Virus record (IMG/VR): IMGVR_UViG_3300014838_000022
Location: 1 to 59,836 of that record
DNA: 59,836 nt
Origin: a virus
Lineage: Duplodnaviria > Caudoviricetes
Strand: one strand, 5' to 3'
The notes beneath the pieces were generated by a model. It saw only the letters and a list, made by a program, of their open reading frames with translations, made no database searches and was not told the DNA's origin. Below are positions 9,136-18,100 of the stretch, one piece after another. Made by a program: the position numbers and the translations under genes. Position 1 is the stretch's first letter, and every line of letters starts with the position of its first letter.

Positions 9136-9903
9136 TTACTTACTTCCTTTCTTTTTATAGTAACATGGGATTTTCTCCCATTCCAATCCATATTTCGAAC
9201 ACAATTCTTTACCTTTTTTGAAGGCTAATGTTGCTTCGTTTAAATTAGGACTTTGAGTTAAAGATTTCAGCTTCTTAAGAACATCAAATTGTTCCAATGT
9301 TAAATCAGCATACAAATATTCAACCATGTTCTCAGGTTCCTTCAATGTAACTTCTTCTTCTTTGGGACGATATTGTTTCTGTGCATCAAACGTAGCATTT
9401 GCTGCCTTCCGTTCAGGACTGGTTGGTGCAGAGAAACGGTCATCAATAAACTCATCCAAAATGCGTTCCGCCTCGGATTCACTCATCTCTGAAAAGTTTG
9501 GGCTATTATAGGTTTCCGATATAGTTGCGTGACCATTTTTAACCAATGATTCATTCATTTGATCCCGTCGGTCATAATGACTACGACCATAATGAGCATC
9601 ATCTTCCGATTCACGAAGCATGAAATAAAGAAGATTCAAGATAGGTGTCCGCAAACATGGAACAAACTTTCCATAGCTTCCCATGATTTGTTCTTCGGTC
9701 AATCCCTTTTGGGTTCCTTCAGTAAGCAACCGATTTCGTAATTCGGTGCCTTCCAATATTTCTTGCTTATACTTTGCTTCATAGGTATTTGCAATCCCCA
9801 AAATATTCTCTTTATCTTGTTTTATTTCTTCGACCTTTTTAGAGATTCTTCGTCCGAACCCTGGGTCGCTGGTCATTATCGACATTAGTGATAGGTTACT
9901 CAT
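9136..9903 (-). CDS. Protein with C-terminal DUF2786-like domain
   Basis: LKKLKSLTQSPNLNEATLAFKKGKELCSKYGL. Confidence 0.65.
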   Translation of the reverse strand: MSNLSLMSIMTSDPGFGRRISKKVEEIKQDKENILGIANTYEAKYKQEILEGTELRNRLLTEGTQKGLTEEQIMGSYGKFVPCLRTPILNLLYFMLRESEDDAHYGRSHYDRRDQMNESLVKNGHATISETYNSPNFSEMSESEAERILDEFIDDRFSAPTSPERKAANATFDAQKQYRPKEEEVTLKEPENMVEYLYADLTLEQFDVLKKLKSLTQSPNLNEATLAFKKGKELCSKYGLEWEKIPCYYKKKGSK

Positions 9904-10169
9904 AATGCATTTTCCTCCGAATCTATGTATTGAATAAACTTCATAAATTCTTTGTATTTTTTCTCCAATTCATTTATTTTATCAACTTTTGCTTTCCATA
10001 CTATTCTTGTTCCAAGTGCAGGAGCAGAATATGTCAATTGTTATTCCAATGATTTTTTATAGTTATGAACATATTCGAATAATAACGCCAATTCCGATCC
10101 AAGATATTTATCTTCAACCTCGTGTTTTACATCTCCGTCATACGTGTGGTCGGTAAGCACCATTTTCAT
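9900..10169 (-). pseudogene. 90-codon gene with an internal TAA
   Basis: ATGA overlaps with neighbours at both ends; single in-frame TAA at 10041-10043. Confidence 0.6.
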
Positions 10170-11314
10170 AACACACCTTCCATTGGCTTACAGAACTGAG
10201 ACCATTTGGCGGGAGGTGAACATATAACACCAATCATACCACCTACAATGGCACAGTTGGTATCTACATCTCCGAATGCCATAGAGGTTTCGATAATAGC
10301 CTTCTCATACATTTCTTCAGACCCCTCGTCTTGAACTAAATGCTTGATGGTCAAGTAACAACACAAAGGCACCGTGTCTTGACACGTAACATGCGTACCG
10401 TTTCCAAGAATTTCTATCGCTTTTCCAATCGGAACATCATATCCCATTTTGCTTGCCTTGTCAATACCATTCCGAACTTGACCTTCGGGCACTCGACGAA
10501 GAAGATTTTCATACAATCTTTTTGAATCGGACTTAGGTGGAATTACTTCTGCTGCCACCAACGTAGTAATATCATATGCCAAAGACGTAATGGCAATAGC
10601 CCCGGCGATTCCTTCGGGATGACAATGAGTAACTTGTGCCTGTAATGCTGCTTCAGCAATGATTTGTTTATCAATACCCGACAATCCGGATTGTGCATCA
10701 TAAACCAACTGACCCGGCCACTGCGATCCCAAATAGGCTCCCAACGGGGATACACGCATGGCTGACCCATTGCCACAAGACCCTTGCAGTTCCGATCCAT
10801 CAGCGGTATCCTTCTGCCGTTGCAATACGATGTTGACTTCGTGCATTGCTGCCTTCAAATCATGTCCTTCGGATAGACTATGAACCAAACTATCAATATG
10901 CGAAGGCATACCTTCGGCTTTTGGCTTCATAAATTTATTTGCGTTAGTCCAAGGAGTTCCTTCATAGATGTCTCGAAGAACTTTACGAGTGTTAAGACCA
11001 TATCCATAGATTTTTCCATCGGGGTCTCGTGTCATATAACGGGTAGCAAACTCTATAGCGAGATTATCGGGGGATACTATAGGAGTTTTGGAAAATGCTG
11101 CTTTTCCTTTGAGATGGTTATACAAAACAATTGCCTCCTCGGTATCATCCGAGTATTGAAACTGATTGTGGAACTGGGTGAGTTGTCCTCCGGATTTAGC
11201 TACTCCTTCAGAGAGTGCTTTGAGGATGTCATGAGCGAAGTAAAGTTGACCCAAGTTGCCAACACAGTCTCCAACCCACAGTCCTTCTAGGGACTTTTTT
11301 GCGTAGTCTATCAT
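10166..11314 (-). CDS. ADP-ribosylglycohydrolase (DraG/ARH family)
   Basis: GDCVG, YSDDTE, GSCGNGSAMRVSP, VTHCHPEG, GDVDTNCAIVGG. Confidence 0.92.
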   Translation of the reverse strand: MIDYAKKSLEGLWVGDCVGNLGQLYFAHDILKALSEGVAKSGGQLTQFHNQFQYSDDTEEAIVLYNHLKGKAAFSKTPIVSPDNLAIEFATRYMTRDPDGKIYGYGLNTRKVLRDIYEGTPWTNANKFMKPKAEGMPSHIDSLVHSLSEGHDLKAAMHEVNIVLQRQKDTADGSELQGSCGNGSAMRVSPLGAYLGSQWPGQLVYDAQSGLSGIDKQIIAEAALQAQVTHCHPEGIAGAIAITSLAYDITTLVAAEVIPPKSDSKRLYENLLRRVPEGQVRNGIDKASKMGYDVPIGKAIEILGNGTHVTCQDTVPLCCYLTIKHLVQDEGSEEMYEKAIIETSMAFGDVDTNCAIVGGMIGVICSPPAKWSQFCKPMEGVL

Positions 11315-11338
11315 ATAATAACCTTTCAGTGTATGTGT

Positions 11339-11659
11339 TCATTGTGTATTAACGTAACGTTTATCCGTTTCAATATATGATTGAATACGGTCTTGCATTT
11401 CTGCAAGGTTTTGTTTTAACCTCTCCTGACGCCGTTTAAGCACCGTGAGGGTATAGACATCATGTAAATGTTTTTGTTCTTGTCGGGGATTTTGAAAATT
11501 ATTGATGTTATGAACTACATCTTTTCCCGCCAGTTCATTGATTTGTTTGTCAATCATGTCAAGCATTTCTTTCATACGTTGGTATGACAGAATAGCATTG
11601 ATACTTTCGAGGAATGGTCCTCGGTGATACCCCAAATCAAATTCTTGATCCTTATCCAT
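11339..11659 (-). CDS. Hypothetical coiled-coil protein
   Basis: 106-aa ORF. Confidence 0.55.
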   Translation of the reverse strand: MDKDQEFDLGYHRGPFLESINAILSYQRMKEMLDMIDKQINELAGKDVVHNINNFQNPRQEQKHLHDVYTLTVLKRRQERLKQNLAEMQDRIQSYIETDKRYVNTQ

Positions 11660-11666
11660 AGATTAT

Positions 11667-12533
11667 TTATGATGATTGTGTTTTGAAAATTTGATATTCA
11701 TAAATTTTTTTGACGTGACTCAAAAAATCACTGACCGACGAATCTAACTTAGCATAATTACACATGCTACAACACGGCACACAATTTGAAATAGTATATC
11801 CACCATTACTGTCCATTCGATCAATTCCATTACATATACACGCTCCTCCACTAGAATTCGGACGTTTTATCATACTCGGAACTTGACCGCAATAATAACA
11901 ATTTTGTTTAATGATTGTTCTAAACTCATCTTTAGTTAACTCGAACGGTATTTGTCTTCGTTTTGCTGCTCTACTATAGGATGAATAGTGATTATTAAAT
12001 GCGGTTTCTCCATACGGCAATATTTTATATTCGTTTTTCTTTTTACAAACACAACACATTTTTAAAAGGTGCATTTTTGATGACTGTATATTATGTTTAA
12101 TCCTCCCACAATCACATATATAATCAACTCGTAAATCTCCTTGTCCATTTATGTAATATTGTTTAACAACCGTTAATTTTCCAAATTTCATCCCAACATA
12201 ATTCCGTTTTGTTCTATTTTTACAAATTGGGCAACGAGTATTATGTGTTAAACTATATTTTAATCCCTGTTCCGTATAAAAATATTGTTCTTTTCCACAA
12301 TCAGGACACGACTTTCGAAATCTCTTTATCTTCCCAGTATCGCTGCATTCTGTCTTTACAGATATGTTGTTTATTGCGTTGATACCATCGTTTGGAGCGA
12401 ATGTTAGTTTGCTCTCGGATTTCCTCGATTGTTCGATTAAGTTTTTTTCTTCCCATAATGTTATTGTGTTGTCCATATACAATAAATACTGCGTCAAAAC
12501 ATAAAACGTCAAAACATTATCGTTTATTTTCAA
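11667..12533 (-). CDS. HNH-type homing endonuclease with zinc ribbons
   Basis: CPDCG, KFGKLTV...CDCG, CYYCG, GIDRMDSNGGYTISNCVPCCSMCNYAK. Confidence 0.85.
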   Translation of the reverse strand: MKINDNVLTFYVLTQYLLYMDNTITLWEEKNLIEQSRKSESKLTFAPNDGINAINNISVKTECSDTGKIKRFRKSCPDCGKEQYFYTEQGLKYSLTHNTRCPICKNRTKRNYVGMKFGKLTVVKQYYINGQGDLRVDYICDCGRIKHNIQSSKMHLLKMCCVCKKKNEYKILPYGETAFNNHYSSYSRAAKRRQIPFELTKDEFRTIIKQNCYYCGQVPSMIKRPNSSGGACICNGIDRMDSNGGYTISNCVPCCSMCNYAKLDSSVSDFLSHVKKIYEYQIFKTQSS

Positions 12534-13392
12534 CGAAAGTATAAAGAATTTTTGCAGTCGAAACTACTTTTTCCGGAGAAATCTCATGGGTCTTATTATT
12601 ATGAAACAATAAATCTATTGCCATCGAAATTAAATCGTTTCTCAATTCAAATGCATTTCTTCCAGATACCGATTGGCGACGAGGTAGCTCATTATCATCA
12701 TTCTTATTATTTTCCGATGCATTTCCACCTACAAGTTTTTTAATGCGGTTAGAATCGAGGACTAAAGACCCTCCAACGGTAACTTTACCACCATCTTGTT
12801 CAATGAGAACATCGTTGTTAAGCCCGGTGTCATTTGTTTTTTCTGGATGAATAACGGCATTGAAGAAATTTAGGTCTACGGTATGAGTATCATTGGAATC
12901 CACAGAAGAATAAGTAATTATAAAATCTTTAGTTCCGGTGAATTTAACCGACAATATCATCTCATGCGATGACAATTTTATAGCAGCATTGGGAGGAAGT
13001 TGTCCCATAATTAAGTCTTGGTCAACTTTAGGAAGTCCTCCAATTTTAACGTTGGTATCTTCAATAGAAAGAATAACGCAAAGTACCACCGAACCTTCAT
13101 ACGATAGATACTTGGGGTAAGCAACCAACTGCTCTTTAAAATGTTCGATTATCCGCTTGGACTCGGCGATACTCTTTTTCTTTACTGAAGTCTCAGTAGA
13201 TTGATTACAATCAGCAATTACCTGTTTGATGGAAGTTTGTATGGGCTTTCCACCTACGTCTTCTATAATGGAATTTAGGTCGTATGATGGACGATCTTGG
13301 AGTTTATACTGATTAGCGACGGCTTGGGGTATTGAAATATCGTCGCTTTTTACCTCTTGACAGGTCCGGACTTCTGGCGTAGTGTTCTGCAT
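12517..13392 (-). CDS. Hypothetical protein
   Basis: 291-aa ORF. Confidence 0.7.
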   Translation of the reverse strand: MQNTTPEVRTCQEVKSDDISIPQAVANQYKLQDRPSYDLNSIIEDVGGKPIQTSIKQVIADCNQSTETSVKKKSIAESKRIIEHFKEQLVAYPKYLSYEGSVVLCVILSIEDTNVKIGGLPKVDQDLIMGQLPPNAAIKLSSHEMILSVKFTGTKDFIITYSSVDSNDTHTVDLNFFNAVIHPEKTNDTGLNNDVLIEQDGGKVTVGGSLVLDSNRIKKLVGGNASENNKNDDNELPRRQSVSGRNAFELRNDLISMAIDLLFHNNKTHEISPEKVVSTAKILYTFVENKR

Positions 13393-13492
13393 ATGTTACT
13401 CTCTGTGTGTATCTGCGGTCAACAAATAGTTGACGAGTGTGTTCTTTGATATATATTTATGATTGTACCAAAAACACTTTTTTTAATAGTCT

Positions 13493-15142
13493 ATGATAAA
13501 ATTGATGCCACTTGTGAATCCTAAGCACTTGATGCTTGAGACAGAAGAGAAGGAATTGCCCGAACAGTTCAAGGTATTTGATCGTGGATTCGAGTTTATC
13601 AAGCAACGTGTAGCCGAACTTAACAAGAAAGCCGCCAAATACAAGGTTCCTCCCCTTGAAATCGTCGTTCACAAAGAAGAGATGGTCAAGGTTATACACC
13701 CTGACATCAAGAAGATGCAGATGGCACAGTCCATGACTATTCCCCTTGATCCCGGTCTTCTGAAAGACCCAAACTCGTGGGTTTTAGCAAAACAATATAC
13801 GTTGTCATTGAAGGGTGAACCACCACATGTCGAAGGCTACGAGTTTATTGCACGGCTTGAACATACCCCTGAGGGAAACTTTATTTACACCAGTTCCCAC
13901 TCATCAGTTCCAAACCTCCCCGCCGAATTCAAGACTGCTAATCAGCATTGCGATGTTTGCCATACCAACCGTGATCGTAATGATACGTTTGTCATAAAAA
14001 TGGTAAACGATGATCCCAAACGGTTTCCCGACAAGAAAGCCGGAGATTTGTTAATTGTCGGACGAAATTGTTTGGCAAGGTTTATGCCGGGAGTCAGTGT
14101 TGCAGGACTCATTGCCTATACTAACATGGTTGAAGCAACTCAATTCGATGTTAAGGAAGCCCAAGAGATGGACACCGATGCTGAAAAAGGTGGAGGCGGG
14201 GGTGGCGGAAAATATTATGAACCCGCTGACAATCTGTTATTCTGGCTCTGTGCAACCTACTTGTTCACGGGACATTATTTATCCAAATCTCAAGCCAATA
14301 AAAATGCTGAAGCAGGAATGACTGGCACAGTGACAAACCCAACAATCTATCGTGCATTGACTGAAATGCGTCCCAATCCGTTTGGAAAAGAAGACCCACA
14401 TAAGACGTATCCTATTTATTACAAGGTAAAGGAAGACGAATCATTCAAACAAAAGGCTGAAGGAATGGCGAAAGAGTTTGAAGCGTGGTATCCATCGAAA
14501 GATTGGACACAAATGGCTATCGACAAGCCAGATAAAGCCGACTTCATTAATAACATGGCACTTGTAGGTAAACAGGAATATCTTAAGTCCCAACAGTTTG
14601 GATTCTTCTCGGCACTATTCCAGTATTTTCTGAGAGACAAAAAATCAGCAGAAGACAAAGCCGAAGCAGCCAAAAAAATGGCAGAACTTCCTCCGTCCCC
14701 GATCAACTTTGGAGACCCATCATTACTAGGAAAAAGGTTGCGTGATATTGTAAAGGAAGCTGAAATCAAGAAGCTTGCCACCAGTGGAATGGACGAGAAA
14801 GCAATCAAGAAAGCTATTAAGGGACGTGAATGGGGATGGGAAGTATCAGTCAAAAAGATTTCTGAGTATGAGAAGACCCAAACCTTCGGGTATGGTGACT
14901 CGGGAATTGGGTATCGTATTCTTTTCGAAGACGCCTTTGGCAATGAATTCATGTGGTTCGCAAGCAATGATCTCGGACTCCAAGAGACCAAGAAATATAT
15001 CATTGATGCCGCCCTAGTTAGCTTTGAACCTCCGAGCAAGTATCATCCTACTAAACCACAAGCCCGTATCAATCGTGTAAAAATAATCAAGGACTTGCAG
15101 AATCCGAACGCACCTATTCCTCCTGTCGTGGCGATGGAGTAA
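13493..15142 (+). CDS. Phage protein with a CxxC...GxxC zinc site and a probable C-terminal OB-like beta domain
   Basis: HCDVCHTNRDRNDTF...LIVGRNCL; preceded by TTGACG and TATTTAT motifs. Confidence 0.7.
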   Translation: MIKLMPLVNPKHLMLETEEKELPEQFKVFDRGFEFIKQRVAELNKKAAKYKVPPLEIVVHKEEMVKVIHPDIKKMQMAQSMTIPLDPGLLKDPNSWVLAKQYTLSLKGEPPHVEGYEFIARLEHTPEGNFIYTSSHSSVPNLPAEFKTANQHCDVCHTNRDRNDTFVIKMVNDDPKRFPDKKAGDLLIVGRNCLARFMPGVSVAGLIAYTNMVEATQFDVKEAQEMDTDAEKGGGGGGGKYYEPADNLLFWLCATYLFTGHYLSKSQANKNAEAGMTGTVTNPTIYRALTEMRPNPFGKEDPHKTYPIYYKVKEDESFKQKAEGMAKEFEAWYPSKDWTQMAIDKPDKADFINNMALVGKQEYLKSQQFGFFSALFQYFLRDKKSAEDKAEAAKKMAELPPSPINFGDPSLLGKRLRDIVKEAEIKKLATSGMDEKAIKKAIKGREWGWEVSVKKISEYEKTQTFGYGDSGIGYRILFEDAFGNEFMWFASNDLGLQETKKYIIDAALVSFEPPSKYHPTKPQARINRVKIIKDLQNPNAPIPPVVAME

Positions 15143-18100
15143 TTAGATTAACCACTTCCTCAAGTAATCTCTAAGACTTCCTTCTTGGATGTTGGGGGAA
15201 TATTTGTCCCACAAGAACTGCATGAGTTCCATCGCTGTATTGAAATAGTGAGGTCCATCCGTTTTAGTTGCCCAATATGATGCCTGTCCTCCTGCAAAGA
15301 AATAAACGTTATCATCACTCTTTTTTCTATAATATAAAACTCGGAATGCAATCCCCGCATTGGAATCGGTTTCCTTTTCAAACCCCATACTAGCAAGAGT
15401 CTCTTCATCTTTTGATACCAAGGAAATAGCTTCATTGTTGGGAGTATTCGGATATTCTTTATTAAAATAATCTCTGTAGTCTACTCCGCTATATGGAACT
15501 TTACTCAAATTCTCTGCCTTCGGATTTTCATTTGCATGTTTGGCTGAATAATTAAAATACCATTCCATTTGTGGTGAATTAGTATTTTTATCAGCACTAG
15601 CTAATGTCTTCTTCAAATAATATGCTTGTTTGTCTTGTGGAATCTTAACAAATTGCTCGTTAAGACCAATTGTCCACATAATTCCGTCAGTGAATAACTT
15701 TAGGGTAAATTTACTAGGATGCACCCACTTAGTTCCATAAACAAGCATCTCTGGATGGAACCCAACACTCTTGAGATTATTGACTACTTCTATATCCGGA
15801 TAATACATCCCGCCAGAAGTTTTATCACTATCTAATTTATTCGAATGAGTTTCAAGATATTGATGCGATTCTCCATTAAATAAATCGAAAACATCATTAT
15901 TACTTGAAGATTTGTCAACATCAGTCAGAGCCATCGTCAAAAAATGTCCTTGATGAGAGAGTGGAATCTCAAGTTCCGTGACTCCGTTTATACTATACCA
16001 CCGAATTCCCTTAGTGTGTAATTCAAAATTAAACTGGCTTGGATGCACCCATCTAATTACACCATTCGGCATAGTTTCTGAGGTAAATCCCGAAGTTGTG
16101 AGAAGTTTTACAACCAACTCTTTAGGATAATATGATTCACCCAATGGGTTTTCTTTTGGAGTTGGGTTTACTTTATTTTTCCACAACCATCTAAGGGTAT
16201 CTTCTACGGATGGAAAGATTTGGGTGACTCCTCCAGTATTAAAATTAGACCAATAATTTGATCCCCCGTGATTATAAAACGCTATTCTCCGATTATAATT
16301 TTGATACACAAGTCCACCTCCCCATTTTACAGGATTCCATCCCATAGATTTCATTGTAGTCTCATCAAATGGAGTAAGACTCAATGGAACTTTAGGAGGT
16401 TGTGTATTCCACATAATCTTATAATTCATCCCCGAGAATGGCATATTCTCGGTTCCTGCTAATACTGTTTTATTCTTATTGGATTCTGATTTTTTGGATA
16501 CCAAATATTGTATGGCGGATGAATAAGTATTGAATTTTTGGACCTCCGCTGTGGACGTACTAATTACACTTGCAGTTCCATCTTTAAGAAATACCACATC
16601 AAAATCTTTATTCGTATAAAAAACACTTCCATCGGGAGGTTGAACTTTTTGGAACCCCAATTTATTCTCGTTATCCGCAGAGAGTTCTACTGAATCTTCT
16701 GGGGCAAAACTTTGGAGTGGCGTTTCTGGCTCGGAAATCTCCGGTGAGGAATTTTGCAAATGATCCATTAATGACTCGTTATCAGTAAACGAAAAAGAAT
16801 TTTTACTTCCCTTCATTTTAACGGATGATGAATGGTCAGCAACATCATAATACAATACCGTTCCAGACTTATTTAGGAATTGAAGCAAATTTCCCTTTAC
16901 CATCATTAACTTAAATCCCTTAATATCAATTTCCTCATCCAACTCTACATCGCCCGTGCTATGAGTAAGTTTAGGAGATGCCTCCGTAGTTTCCAAATAA
17001 TTTACAAGGTCAGATACATTATTAAATTTATGTACGGGATTGTTATCAGGTGCCAAATATAAATTAGACGTTCCATCATGAAACAAATATAAAGTATCAC
17101 CATTAGAGTTTCTATACATGGTAGCTTCCTTAACCCCACCCATTGTAGTAATATTGATGGTAGTTTCAAATTTAAACCCATGTTTTTCTATTAATTCCGG
17201 AAGTTTGGCTTCGGGGACTTCTTTTACTTCTGGCGTAGGTTGATTGATAGACGAAGGTTCTTCTTTTGGCTTCGAATCTTTGTAAGACCATTTATTAACT
17301 ACATCCTCTATATTTTTTAGAAAATATGCGATGCCATTCATTCTAACATACTCTAAGAAATCATCGACATGCTCGATTATACGCTTCGCATTTCCCAAGG
17401 ATAAATTAATGTTATATGTACTATAAATGTAATTCTTAAGTGTTTTAATGGCTGCAATCTTATTGGATGAATTAATCGGGGTAGACATTGGAATGTCTCC
17501 ATCCAAATTCATAAACTGCTTAAGTACCCCATGCATGGTATTGTAGTCATCTTCAGAAACGGTTGGGTTCTCATCCGCCATTGCCCATTTCCCCACTACC
17601 TTATCTATGTCAATCAATGAATCGGGAAGACCATAATTTTTAACGTAATTCAAAAATATTTTCACATTTTCCACAATCCATTTTCCCTCTCCTAAAGACA
17701 ATTTCAACCCATACTGCTTCAACATCACATGCCGCAAATATACAACGGCTCCGACTTTGTTATTATGATATTGGGGTGATCCGGGAGGAGTCTTTTGGGA
17801 TGGAATATTACCCTTTTCATCCCTGAACGGCTTAAGTTCCTTGACTAAATTGTCATGGATGACTTGAAACTTTTGTTCATCGGGCGTAGCAACCTTGGTC
17901 AATGGAGGCACTGCCGAAACGGGGGGTTCAGGTGATTCCGTAGATGCCGACACAATGGCTGGTGGTTTAGGAGATACTACTTTTTTTTTTACAAACATCG
18001 CCATCTCGGGCAAACTGTTGAAGTGTTGAACTTCTCCCGTTTGACCATTCGTATAGGTAGATTTTGGATACGGCGAGATTTTAATGGTGTCATTGGTCTT

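Noticed and set aside
14419-15039. Long antisense ORFs (also 7541-8227, 44316-44888, 44878-45459)
   Set aside because: They fully overlap better-supported genes on the opposite strand and show no motifs.
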